Part shown: positions 24,295 through 36,640 of the stretch, one piece after another
Layout: every line of letters begins with the position of its first letter
Position numbering within the stretch: the stretch's first letter is position 1
Notes under the pieces: generated by a model
Database searches by the model: none
What the model was told of the DNA's origin: nothing
What the model saw: only the letters and a program-made list of their open reading frames with translations
Assembly (NCBI GenBank): GCA_034780895.1
Contig: JAUZTB010000118.1
Coordinates: 74,220,598 to 74,284,597, forward strand
Reading direction: 5' to 3'
Length of the DNA stretch: 64,000 nucleotides
Source: Rhynchobatus australiae
Lineage: Eukaryota
Position numbers and translations under genes: made by a program

Positions 24295-25140
24295 GTTTGG
24301 TGGTAATACTAAGCTAGGTGACAGTGCAGATTGAGAGAAAAATCAGAGACAGTGCACGCAGATATAAGCAAGCTAATTGAATGGGCATAAACATGGTAGA
24401 TAGAATACAACGTGGAAAATGTGAGGTCATCCTCTGGTAGAAAAAATAGAAAGGCAGAATATTATTTAAATTGGAGTAATATTGAGTGGGGTTGGTATTC
24501 AGGGAGACCTGACTGTTCTTGTACATGAATCACTGAATGTTAATATGCAAGTAGAGGAACCAATTAGGAAGGCAAATGATATGTTGGACTTTATTACAAA
24601 CAGATTCAGATACAATTGTAAATACATTTTACTGCATTATATTCAGCCTTGATGGACAACATCTGGAATATGGTGCACTGGTCTTCCTACCAAAGGAAGG
24701 ATAAACGTGAGAGAAAGAATGCAACAAAGGTTCACCGGATTGATTCCTGAGACATGGGATTTGGTCTATGAGGAGAGATTAAGCAGACTGGGTTTATACT
24801 CTCTTGAATGTGGAGAAATGGAGAAAATGTCATTGAGACATGTACTGTTTTAATGGGACTTGATAGGGTAGATGTCGGGATGATGGTTCCTCTCCCTGGG
24901 GTCACTAGAATCAGGGGTCACAGTTCCAAAATGAAATGCTGGCCATTCTGGACTGAGATGGAGCAGAAATTATTTTCACCCAGAGGGTGGTGAATCTATG
25001 GTTTTCCCTATTATAGAGGTCTTTGGAGGGTCAGTTGCAGAGTATATTCAAGATAGAAGTCAACAGATTTTTGGCTGTTAAAGGAATTAAGGGAAATGAG
25101 GTTAGTGCAGAAAAGTTGCACTGATGAAACAGATCAGCAT
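24295..25140 (+). mobile_element. Degenerate CR1 LINE 3' portion
   Basis: aaatgtgaggtcatc...aggaaggcaaatgatatgttgg...tatgaggagagattaagcagactggg...gatagggtagatgtc...cacccagagggtggtgaatct, with many frameshifts. Confidence 0.8.
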
Positions 25141-25149
25141 AATCCTTTT

Positions 25150-25252
25150 GAATACAGGGATGAAGGGAGGACATGCACAGTAAATGGTAGGGCACTGAGG
25201 AGTGCAGAGGAACAAAGGGATCTGGGAGTTCAGATACATAATTCCCTGAAAG
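25150..25252 (+). mobile_element. Young CR1 fragment ending at an N gap
   Basis: Encodes GRTCTVNGRALRSAEEQRDLGVQIHNSLK, typical of CR1 ORF2. Confidence 0.75.
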
Positions 25253-25352
25253 NNNNNNNNNNNNNNNNNNNNNNNNNNNNNNNNNNNNNNNNNNNNNNNN
25301 NNNNNNNNNNNNNNNNNNNNNNNNNNNNNNNNNNNNNNNNNNNNNNNNNNNN

Positions 25353-25437
25353 GTGCCCAATGCCCCACGCCCAGTGCCCAATGCCCCACGCCCAGTGCCC
25401 CAGTGCCCAATGCCCCACGCCCAGTGCCCCAGTGCCT
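25353..25437. repeat. Minisatellite of 7-bp subunits (GTGCCCA/ATGCCCC/ACGCCCA) forming a ~21-bp period
   Basis: gtgcccaatgccccacgccca is visibly repeated. It abuts an N gap, so the true length is unknown. Confidence 0.85.
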
Positions 25438-25739
25438 CGGGAGTGCAGAGTTTGCAGGAAATGCCAGGCACTGGGGCAGGCTGATGGTGGGAGTGGGAGA
25501 AGGGAATGTGCACAGACTGGGGAGAGCAGAATGGGAATGTTCAAGCAGAATCGGCCGGTGTTGCTGTCCTCAGTCACGGCCCTTCTCACTACCGGTGAGC
25601 TTCCTTGCCAAGCACGGATCCTGGACTCTTCCCAAGTAATTCGTGTGTTCTTGGCTGGGCAGGTTCCTGATGGAGAGGTGACTCCAGCCGTGGGCAGTCA
25701 GTGATGGACCGTGGCTCCAGGGTAATTCCCAAAAACAAT

Positions 25740-26000
25740 GTCTGTAAGGTCTGCATTCGATTGTCACTGAGATGCTGGGACATCGTGAGGGATGTTCCAG
25801 GTGACAGAACGGTTTCTGAAAAGCAGCTGCCAATGTGTACACAGCAAGATCCCACAGTTGATTATGGTGATGACGTTTGAGGAATAACCACAGGCCAGAT
25901 CACAGGGAAAGTTCCCGTCTCTTGCACTGCCCTGCGATCTTGTGGCAAGGCCAAGTGGCCCCTCTGATCAGAAGGACTGGCCCTTGTACACTGCTGCTCT
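25740..26000 (-). mobile_element. Degenerate DeuSINE-like copy
   Basis: gcagctgccaatgtgtacacagcaagatcccaca...tttgaggaataa...ggccagatcacagggaaagttccc resembles the Deu-domain core. Confidence 0.45.
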
Positions 26001-26164
26001 CTGCTGTAGGCTCAGCTCCTCGCACAGAACTCACAGAGCCTCACGCTTGGGCCCAGGTTGGTGTCACGGCACAGGCAGAATCCTGGTGTGTACACTGAGG
26101 GGTTGTTCTACATTCCCATTCTCCCTGGCTGTGGCTTTAAGGGAAAAGCTCGGAAACGTCCTGC

Positions 26165-26420
26165 AGATTCTCAGCATTCTATGCAGGGTTTGAACAGAAG
26201 GGGAGTGGGTGGTCACCACCCACCCCAGCAGCCTCCAATGCACCTGAACCCATGGTCACTGTTGAGGACGTAAGATCAGACTTCTGGAGAGTGAACCCGA
26301 GGAAAGCACCTGACCTTGGATGGTGTCCCTGGCCTGTCCTCAGATCTTGTGCCGATCAGCGGGCAGGGGTGTTTGCAGACACTTTTAACCTGTTTCAGTC
26401 TGAGATTCCCACCTGTTTAC
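26165..26420 (+). mobile_element. Rex1/Babar-type LINE RT fragment
   Basis: Translates to VTVEDVRSDFWRVNPRKA...VLRSCADQRAGVFADTFNL..QSEIPTC, resembling the Rex1/Babar RT N-terminal motif. Confidence 0.7.
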
Positions 26421-26421
26421 T

Positions 26422-26897
26422 AGAAGATTTACTAGAATGTTGCCGGGTCTTCAGGAGTTGAGTTGCAGGGAAAGATTGAACAGGTTAGGACTTTATTCCT
26501 TGGAGCGCAGAAGAATGAGGGGAGATATGATAGAGGTTTACAAAATGATGAGGGGCATAGACAGAGTTAATACAAGTAGACTCTTTCCACCTAGATTAGG
26601 AGAGATAAGTACGAGAGGACATGGCTTTAGGGTGAAAGGGGAAAGGTTTAGGGGGAACATTAGGGGGAACTTCTTCACTCAAAGAGTGGTGGGAGTGTGG
26701 AACGGGCTGCCATCTGATGTAGTCAATGCGGACTCACTCTTAACTTTTAAGAGTAAATTGGATAGATACGTGGACGGGAGAGGTCTGGAGGGCTATGGAC
26801 TGGGTGCAGGTAAATGGGACTAGCGGAATAATGTTTCAGCACAGACTAGAAAGGCCGAATGGCCTGTTTTCTGTGCTGTAGTTTTCTATGGTTCTAC
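26422..26897 (+). mobile_element. Young CR1 LINE 3' end with open ORF2 C-terminus
   Basis: ORF 26437-26823 (ERLNRLGLYSLERRRMRGDMIEVYKMMRGIDRV...FFTQRVVGVWNGLP) followed by the CR1 3'UTR ggccgaatggcctgttttctgtgctgta and a ttctatggttcta tail. Confidence 0.9.
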
Positions 26898-27312
26898 AGG
26901 AACCAAATGCAAGGGAATGAATAGTCTAATCCTGCTTCTATTTATCTTTCTTACATTTTTTCTATATCTCTAATACACTTGCTGTATTTGAACATTCAGA
27001 GCATTGCCTTTTGAGTTTTGTAAATTTAATACACACCTTCCTTATATATTCAATGCTCTTGGATAAAAAGCTCAGATTCCTAATTTTGTGACCTTTTTAC
27101 CTTCTTTCCCGCCTTTTAAAGATTAATTATTTATGCCATCAGATTATTTTTGATCCCAAATTCCAGGCCTTTGAAACTGTACTATCTCTAGTTGTTCAAC
27201 AAGAATTATCTACCTATATCTATGAGTTTTTGCATCTTTTCTATGTATCAAATTCCTTATTATAGTATTGTCAGAAACTTCATTATCTTTCTCCTTTGTA
27301 CCTGCTGACAAG

Positions 27313-28900
27313 TGTGACAGATTTGCAGAAAGGCTTTTTACCCTCCAGATACAACATTAGAGCTTGTCAGATTTCCACCTCAATTCCACCTGTTTATCCT
27401 TTCAAGCATAGAGAATTCTCAGAAGTTTCCCATTTGTATGCAAAACAGGAAAGTAGAGGCATCATTCAAAAGTTCCAGAGATCAATTCATAAATTATTTG
27501 ATTCTTTAATTCAGAAAAAGATTCACTTTCTAAACAAAAACATTTTGATGACTATTGAAGATGCCAAAGTACCACTGCTGTGGTTTTTCACTTCATTTGT
27601 TTCAAATTATATGAACCATTTGAAAATATTAGGAGAAGAGAATACCATATAGTACAAATTCTGTGGGTAGTCTTGTGAGGGTACATGATCATAGGGTGGA
27701 TCTTCTTGTACAGAAGGAGTGATATTTTAAATGTGTCATTGATTGCATTGTAAGAATTCCTCGTGGGCATTTTGACCACCAGATAAAGGAATTTTCTGGA
27801 AAGCAAGTAGACAAAGGAGCTGCTTGTACACACACCCTTTTTAGTTTCAGCACTGGATGATTTGCTGGAAGCTTTCTGTTTGATTCCTGAACTTGGCCTT
27901 GCTTGTGTATGGAAAGGCTGCCCATTGTTAATCAGACAGGGCTGAGGGGTTAACAAAAGACTAAACTTCTGTAAAGATGTTGATGCATTAGGATGCTCCA
28001 CCCTAGTGACCATTGGCATTTCAAAAGCCAGTTGAGGTGATGCAACCGGTGAGCAAAAAAAAATGTTGATTCCTGGCATTAATTCACATGTTGGAAATCG
28101 GTGTGTTTTTTGAAATAATCATTCTTTGACATTGAAGTAGAGATCTGATGCTGAATTGTGAGAGGTAAGAAAATAATATAATGGTGGAAGGAATTTGTGA
28201 AAGCTGATGCAGCAGGAGGAATCTTGACACTTGCTTTCTTGGTGGCAGTCTTGTCTGCCTCAGCCTGTTAATACGGTAAACTGAACTTAACAGGTGTCCT
28301 CTGAGATCCCAGGGGAAAATTTGCAGTAAAGGTTACTAACAGAATTGATTGGCTCTCTGAGCCTCTTAGGTACAGCAGGGATATTGGACTACAATCTAAC
28401 AGATCATGTCATCACAGACGGTTTCCTATTTAGGGTGCAGTTATTAAAAGTGCCGTGTAGGTCAGAAGAGGGTTGGTTCAATTTAAACATTCATTTGTGC
28501 TTCAAAGTTGTGCTAACCCCTGGAGTAATGCTGACACCATGGATGATGCTGATGTGTGTGACAAGTTTACTATAAAGCTTTTACCCTCCAGTTACAACAT
28601 TAGACCCTGTCAGATTTCCCACCCAATTCTACTGGCTTATCTTTTCCAGCAAGATCTCACTGAAGCTCTTTCTATTTGTATGCTAAAGATGAAAATATCT
28701 GTATTACTAGTAGTGTCATTCATAAGTGTGGGAGATCAAACTAAAAGTGATTGCTTTTGTAATTCTTTTAAAGATCCACTTTCTAAAAACATTTTAGTGC
28801 TTACTAAAGATGCCAAAGTGCAACTGTCATCTGTTTTGACTTAATTTGTTTCAAATTCTTTGAACTTTCTGAAAAGATTGAGATAAGAGCACATTATAGA
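27313..28900 (+). repeat. Diverged direct duplication of ~340 bp (27313-27651 and 28555-28900)
   Basis: Colinear shared blocks: ttttaccctccag(a/t)tacaacattaga, tgtcagatttcc, atttgtatgc, cactttctaaa, aagatgccaaagt, atttgtttcaaatt. Confidence 0.85.
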
Positions 28901-31866
28901 GAAAACCAAGTCCAGCCAGCCAAAAGATGGTGACAAAGGAGGCATTGTCTGGGTAATATAGTTCCCGTGAGGATTAACTCTTGCGTGATTGGCTCTCTTT
29001 CTCTGCTGCATTTGAATGGTGTGTTTGGTGACAGATTGGTACAGTGCTTGCTTATATTGTGAGAAAAAGTGTTAGTGCTGCCCGCATATTTCTAAACACT
29101 GGCTGGATTATACAATGCAAAACTGGTGTAAAAGCCCAACCTTCATGGCTGTTTAGTAGTTTAACTGTCAGTGAATCCTCAGTTTAGCATGAAGTGTGAT
29201 TCAGTAGAAGCTCTATTCTGCTTGGTACTTGTAGGAGCTTGAAATGAGACAACAATCAATACTGATTTTCAACAGTCTTGGGTACTTATTTAGAACCATG
29301 TTATTGAAGGTTCCACTTAATTAAATGGGAACCAAACCAAACAAAATGGGTATGGCCCAACTTTTAATGTTGTTTTATTCTATTGGCTAATCTCTGGTGA
29401 ATTGAATAACTAAAAGTAGGGAGGTAAAATGGTTGCCATGACAACAAAATCGGCTGAGCAGATGCTAAAACTCCCCAGAGGATTTTTAAGAAGTACAGTG
29501 GTTGGAGCAGGTGGCTGAAATGGAGCAGGCTTGTAGCTAGACTGTATTAAAGGATGAATGATAACAGTTGTTTTCATTTAAATGTTCAACATTTTGATTG
29601 TTTTATTTCAAAAAATTATAAGGAGGGNNNNNNNNNNCAGCGGAATATGTATTGGTTGCTCTGGAAGCAGGCAAATGCATTGTCTTTCATCCAAAAACAC
29701 ACTGGAGAAATCAGTTTGACCTTCCCTTATGAACATCCAGTAGAACGCCACAGAAAATGTGATTAGTGCCTTGTCACAAGGGAATCTCCCTTTGATATTA
29801 GCTGCATCTTAATTTGCTTCTCTTAAGTATATTTATTGTGGCCTCTCTTACAGAGAGTGATAGAGATAAATATGTACACTTAGTTATGTCAGAAAAAAGA
29901 CAATTTTATAGAATTAAATATTAAGACGTTAAAATAGATCAACAATATCGGCTCATTACTTTATAAAATGGCTTTTATTTCACACAGCATTACTTAAGCA
30001 ACACAATTTGTCTCACACATTAATAAATTGTGCCAAACATATAGCCATTGTTATTTTAAATCATTGTCAGGTAAAAGAAAATCGGTGCTGAACAACCACT
30101 TTCAATTGATGGAGCTGGTCAATATTTTGCTTGCAGTTCTATGATTAGTCAATATTTTAATGCCAGTCTCCATGAATTGTACAGAAAATCATTGAAATTA
30201 TTTCAGTTCGAAAAGCTGAAAACATTTAGTTCAAATTCTGTAGTGAAGAGTGGTTGAGTAAGTTGCTGAATGGGTTTTGGAATTTTTAAAACCAACATTG
30301 ATGCTGTTTATTACATTGGGTAACTAAATGGTACACATCCTATTTTCAGAGCTGAGNNNNNNNNNNNNNNNNNNNNNNNNNNNNNNNNNNNNNNNNNNNN
30401 NNNNNNNNNNNNNNNNNNNNNNNNNNNNNNNNNNNNNNNNNNNNNNNNNNNNNNNNCCTCCTGCTTGAAAACACCTCCATGTATGGCTGTTAGGATAATA
30501 TCAGATTTGGTTGTGACCTCCTCCTAGCTAAATTGCCTCTCACCTTTGACTGTTTACAATTCTTTAATTGCCAGTTAGATGATATAACGGAGGGTTGGTG
30601 ACTGTTGTAGAGCCCTACCTTCACACAAGGCTATGCCTCTAGGGCTGTGTTAATATTAAATGTGGGTGGGGGAAGCTGAGGGAAGTAGTAATAGACTCCA
30701 TCACATATTTACAGGACTGTTAAAACCCATAATCACACTGCAGAACATATCACATTGGAATTTTAATGGGAATAATTCTTAACTGTGAAGTCTAGACAAC
30801 AACCTCTGTCTCTGTTGTGTAACCTATTCCATTAGTGTCAGCTGCTCTTTTACAGTGATAGGCACTTAAGCTCCTTCAACAGATTACTTTTTACCTCATC
30901 ATTTTGTCTCAAGCTGCTATCTGTATTTCCCTGTGTTTTTGTACCTTATGTCACGCTTTATTTTGGTGGGGTGGGGGAGGGGTGGGTGTCTTTCGAGCTG
31001 GAGGTAGAACACTGGAGGAGAACAAGCAGCAATTTTTTCTTCTACCCTTTAGCCACAGCTTCCGTCTTGCTCGTTGACTAGATACAGAAGTTTCACATAG
31101 GATGAGGAGAGAATTTATACAGGAGCTTTGTATACTTGAAAAGAGTTGTTAAAACAAGTGGATGGAATGAGAGAGGTTGTGTGTGATGAATTAGAAAGTG
31201 AGTGATAAACTGAAATACTTTATGAGGAATGTCCCTTTTTGATGTTCAGACATCGGAAGGGAAAATCCAGCACAACGGTGGAGAGAAGCAGGGTGCAAAG
31301 GTCTCTTCTGCTAGCCATCTGCTTGAGTGCATAACAACAACTTATAGTTATATGTTTTCTTAACATAGTGATCGCCTGAAGATTTTCCACTCGGGGGGAG
31401 AGAGACAGAGAGAGAGACTGAATAATTGTAGGAGCAGGGAAGAGATGGCAATAAATGTGGTTCAGAAATGTATTGTAGGTGGGGATGGCTTTAGGGAGAA
31501 GATGGTGGAGGTCTGATATGACTGAAGGTTGTGCCGAAAAGAAGACCCACAAGAGACCAGGGGAAGGAGGACTGGAGAAGGTTGCAGGCACACATAGTGT
31601 AAGGTAATGGAGTGATTTGTAAATGGAGGAGAGGATTTGAATTTGGTGATTTTGGGTGATTGATGGGAGTAGAAGTGATTATCAATCAGAATGCTGCAGT
31701 ATAGGGATGTAGGCAGCAAAGGTTTGGGCAAACTACAGTTTGTTTCTGATGGCACTCCCAAAGCTCAGAAAGAAAGTAAATAAAATGTAGGGAAGGGTTT
31801 GTGGTACCCAGTTGGGATCAGGACACTGGTGGAAATCTTGCTGGTTGATGNNNNNNNNNNNNNNNN

Positions 31867-31981
31867 ACCCACACAGACACAGGAGAACATACAAACTCCT
31901 TACAGACAGCGAAAGGAATTGAACCCCGATCGCTGGCGCTGTAATAGTGTTGCGCTAACTGCTACGCTACCATGCCGCCCC
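31867..31981 (-). mobile_element. V-SINE 5' head fragment
   Basis: acaaactccttacagacagc...ggaattgaacccc...gctggcgctgtaatag...gctaactgctacgctacc is the reverse complement of the SINE head. Truncated by an N gap. Confidence 0.8.
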
Positions 31982-34900
31982 TATTCTTCTTTCCTACTCA
32001 TTAAAAATCTTCAGTGTTGACGTATTAAGCCCTGGATCACATTTAATGATTGCTCAATGAAAACCATTGGTCAATGGTACAAAAAAGTGTAGTATTATGT
32101 GATGAAGTTGTTAAGCCAATTTCTTTTTGATACCAAAGATAAGTCATTTCAGAACTATAATATTGCAACTTTAGTTTTTCTTTATTGATTTTCAAATAAT
32201 ATTCTCAAGCAATAAATTATATTAAAATGGCCAAGGGATCAAACAAGTTTCATCTGAGGAAAGCAAATACTATGTAAACTATAGAATATGATGGTAACAG
32301 TAAGATAAGAAAACTTGTAATGACACTGGTGTAAAATATAATTAGATTTATGATTAAGTTTTTGCATGAAGAATAATCTCCAATGTANNNNNNNNNNAAT
32401 ACATGATAAAGTGGTCCCGTTTTGAAAGAGTTCATCAGTATTCGCAGGATTTCCGAGCTTGTGGAATCTTAGCACTTAAACAAATATGCTCTGAAAATGA
32501 TCAAACAGTCCAGTTTTATAGCCTGATTATCATCCTGCCAAGCCTTTGTTGTGCTGGTGGAGAATATTCCAATGCTCAACATAAGGGCATCGCTGCTAAT
32601 ATGTGATAGGAACAATTTCAGATGATTAATTCAGATTATTACACAATGTTAAAGAATACTGACATAAGTTCTCCTTGTATTGCTAGCCTGGTGTCAATTG
32701 AAAAGCATATTGATATGATTTTTTTTTCTGCCTATTATGCATTGCTATCATTTATGTTTAATAAGTCTAAAGTCAGTAATGAAATTTGAACCTAAAGAAT
32801 CTGTAATTGGTAGAAGTAGGAAACATTGAAAATCCTTCTCTTATCCCTGTTTATTATTTACCCGATTATTGCTTTAAACAGTGTTGTGCTATGATCTGTC
32901 ATGTAGCATCAGATATAAGGATATAAATCCTGTAAGCCAACATGGTACAGTGTACAATGCTTACACTTGACAACTGCATGTCTTTACATTGATCTTTAGT
33001 CATCAGGTTCTCCTCACCTGGTCCTCTGGCAGTTGAACATAAAACTACCAGATTTTGTTCAGGTACTGGGTATGTAGACACATTGCCTGGAAACTCAAAT
33101 GTTTAACATTGTCTTTTTCAACATTGTTTCAAGATTCAATTGAAACATGTTAGCAAGCAGTAATTTGAAAACAGAGAATGTACTTTCACGTTGGGGGGGG
33201 GCAGAGCAGATCTGGGTCTGAAAACTCAAGTAAAACATGCAAACAACTATTTCAAGGTAATTTTATGTCACGCTAGAAATTCAATTGGGAACTACCTGAG
33301 TGAATCCTTCTTGCATTCCTGATGTAATTTCCATGTCAATGGCTCATGGGATGCTGCCATTTTGCTTGGAATGCTCCTTTTGGGGCATTGCATGGGAAGT
33401 TACACCACACCATCTTGGGTGCACCAATTGTTAATTGCTCCTGGGACACAGGGACTTATAAATGCAGGGAGGTACCAGATACCATCAAGATAAATGAATT
33501 ATTTGCCTTCATCTTTGGCCACCACACCATCTGCACTACACTGACGACAACACCATCTCCTCCATTCCCATCCCTGCACACTCGGTCCCCACTCCCATCC
33601 CAATTTCCAACCAGCCTCCCTACCCCATGATTCCCCCTCCAATGAAAGTCCTAAACCCTGATTCTCGTCCCTTCATTCACCAGTTCACTTGGTCACGTTA
33701 CCGGAAATCTCAGAGGGGTAGAGGGCTTGATAAGTTAATGAATGCCTGCTACCCATTTACCTCTGGCCTTGAAAATGCACCAATTTAGAAGGGCAATTTT
33801 TAGATGTTTTCAGAAAGTTGTTAGAAGTGTAATAAAAGTAAGTTCATTTTCTTTTCTCTTTCTCCTTTCCCTCATAGCAAGATGAAGAATACAGAACTTT
33901 AGTACATCATTCTCATAACGGTATAAACTTAGGAAAATGGTCCATGCTGAAATATTAATAATCTATTAATGTGTACATCCAGAGTGTATTCAGTCAACTT
34001 TGTTATTTTGCTCTTAACAGGTTTGCAAAATTTCCCCTTAACTAGTTGGATTGTTGAGGGAACTGGTGCCAATGTATCGTCATAACTTTCCTATCAGGTC
34101 CTGCTATTATTCTTTTACTTAATTTGAATGCAGCTTGGAAACAACAAGAAAAACTGTAATTTTAATCCTAACACACAGGTGTTAACTGCATGCATCTATT
34201 TTTTGTCCTGCAGTAATCCACATTTCCTCTTGATCTTCTATATGGGCCATTGCAGGAAGTCAAAACACACAAACACAGAAGATAAGCTGAGTCTGTGAGG
34301 ACAAGCAGTCATCTGAAAGCAGAGAATGTATTTTCACGTTGGGAGGTTTTGAAAAACAAGGATGAGGGTTGGGGGAGTCAAAGCAGATCTGGGTTTGAGA
34401 CCACAAGGTGGGTCCATGCCAANNNNNNNNNNNNNNNNNNNNNNNNNNNNNNNNNNNNNNNNNNNNNNNNNNNNNNNNNNNNNNNNNNNNNNNNNNNNNN
34501 NNNNNNNNNNNNNNNNNNNNNNNNNNNNNNNNNNNNNNNNNNNNNNNNNNNNNNNNNNNNNNNNNNNNNNNNNNNNNNNNNNNNNNNNNNNNNNNNNNNN
34601 NNNNNNNNNNNNNNNNNNNNNNNNNNNNNNNNNNNNNNNNNNNNNNNNNNNNNNNNNNNNNNNNNNNNNNNNNNNNNNNNNNNNNNNNNNNNNNNNNNNN
34701 NNNNNNNNNNNNNNNNNNNNNNNNNNNNNNNNNNNNNNNNNNNNNNNNNNNNNNNNNNNNNNNNNNNNNNNNNNNNNNNNNNNNNNNNNNNNNNNNNNNN
34801 NNNNNNNNNNNNNNNNNNNNNNNNNNNNNNNNNNNNNNNNNNNNNNNNNNNNNNNNNNNNNNNNNNNNNNNNNNNNNNNNNNNNNNNNNNNNNNNNNNNN

Positions 34901-35403
34901 NNNNNNNNNNNNNNNNNNNNNNNNNNNTGGTTTTGTGTGTGCAGTTGTACAAGAGGGAGAAGAAAAGAGAGGCAGAAGGACAGGCTTACATTACTGTTTA
35001 CCAAGTGTTACCTCCCTTTCTCTTCCTTGAAATATAGCTAAATATAGGCCCACTGGAATGAGTAGATGAGCTCTTGATTTAAAATTTGTGAATTATCTAA
35101 AGTCAAAATCTGTGATTAATCATTTTCACAATATCCCTCTTATTACAGAGGGACATTGTGAAAATTTAGAATGCAGGCGAGGCATATATTCTTTTTATTT
35201 CATTTTCTTTTTTAGTCTTGGTCTTGTTCAGTCACTTTCTCTTGACTCCTTGTTCTAGTAACCTGTGAACTCTGTGTATAGTCAAAACCATAATGGATCC
35301 TCTGAATTTTACAGTATGATCTTAAAAGCTAACACCTGACTCCTCTTTCCCCCCATTTTTCAGGCTTAAGTGAAAATAAAAACCAGAAGCTAGCTGTGCT
35401 ACT

Positions 35404-35503
35404 ATGAAGTCTGAAGCCTTGCTGCTATATTTTTCACTACTACATTTTGTTGGGGCTGGTTTCCCCGAAGATTCTGAGCCTATCAGTATTGCACATGGCA
35501 ACT
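35404..35503 (+). CDS. sema6a: Semaphorin-6A coding exon 2 (start codon, signal peptide)
   Basis: Acceptor ttttcag| at 35363, 40 nt UTR, ATG 35404. Encodes MKSEALLLYFSLLHFVGAGFPEDSEPISIAHGN+T. Donor |gtaagt. Confidence 0.96.
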
Positions 35504-35842
35504 GTAAGTATCCAAATAAAATTTCTCATTTGCTGACCTCAGTGTGGAACTAAAAATAAAGGAGAGAAGTTTGAAGAATTATGCTTCTGTTTGTAGCTAG
35601 GTAAATGCCTCTACACAGGATAGTAAAAAAAGTAATTTCCTCCTAAGTAAGAATTTTTAACTTGTGACGGAATTACTGTCCCTGCTGACTTGTAACAAGG
35701 ATTATAGGAATGAGTGCTTGTGAAATCTGCTGTGATATTGCTTCACTGCCTTAGGGTACAAAAACCAACTGAAGGCGCGAGTGTGTGAATTGTAACTCAG
35801 GCTGATTGTGTTAATACGGTTAAATTCTTTGTTCCTTAACAG

Positions 35843-35960
35843 ATACAAAACAATATCCATTATTTTTGGGTCATAAGCCAGGACGAAATAACACACAAAG
35901 GCATAAGTTGGACATTCAGCTGATTGTGAAAATGAATCGAACACTCTACATTGCTGCTAG
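35843..35960 (+). CDS. sema6a: Semaphorin-6A exon 3
   Basis: ttaacag| (Y)TKQYPLFLGHKPGRNNTQRHKLDIQLIVKMNRTLYIAA(R) |gtcagt; 118 nt. Confidence 0.96.
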
Positions 35961-36414
35961 GTCAGTATTATTTCATTTATTTGTTGATGCCTGTGCACAG
36001 TTAACTGACCAATACCCTGAAGTCTCTCAATTCAAAATAAATGCTCTGGCTTCTTGTGCCATATAAAGAACTGATTGTGTTGTGTGGTGGATTTGAGCCA
36101 GCTCTGTGCTCTGCAGAAGCAAGGAATGGTTTTGCGCTGGTTATACCTTACGGAGTGAGTGAGTTCTCAGTCCAGGTAGGACAGTGTTGTTTCCTGTATA
36201 TTCACTTAAGTCCCTCTGATCAGCATGACCTTATCCTTGTGGCTTTATCACTTCTGATGTACGGGACACCACACCTGGATAGGTACTGCTGTTGAACCAC
36301 GAGACCACAGAGGGCAAAGAAAGTTCACTGTCACTACATCTGTGACATCCTTCCAAAAGCAATAGAAAAATGGTTGAGTTACGAAGTTTGTGTCCAACTG
36401 TCTGATTGGTTGAT

Positions 36415-36640
36415 CTGGAGACAAGGGCTCATACTGCACCTTAGTGGCTGGGGAATTTAAATTCAAGTAATTAAATAAATCTGGAATTAAAAAGTTAGTA
36501 TCAGTAATGACGACTATAAAACTACTGCATTGTCATCAAACCCATCCAGTTTGCTAATGTCCAACGGGAAGGATATCCTACCATCCCTACCCAGTTTGCA
36601 CCATACATCATCCAGACTCACCAACGTGATGACCTTCAGC
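36415..36640 (+). mobile_element. Degenerate chondrichthyan SINE
   Basis: ggaatttaaattcaa...ataaatctggaattaaaaag.tagt.tcagtaatg...cccatccagtttgctaatgtcc...ggaagga resembles a common shark SINE body (recalled). Confidence 0.55.

Noticed and set aside
26437-26823. 128-aa intact ATG-initiated ORF as a nested host gene
   Set aside because: It is the C-terminus of CR1 ORF2 from a 5'-truncated young copy.
34260-35041. Longest ORFs in the track (208-248 aa) and other X-rich ORFs
   Set aside because: They are open only because they run through N gaps.
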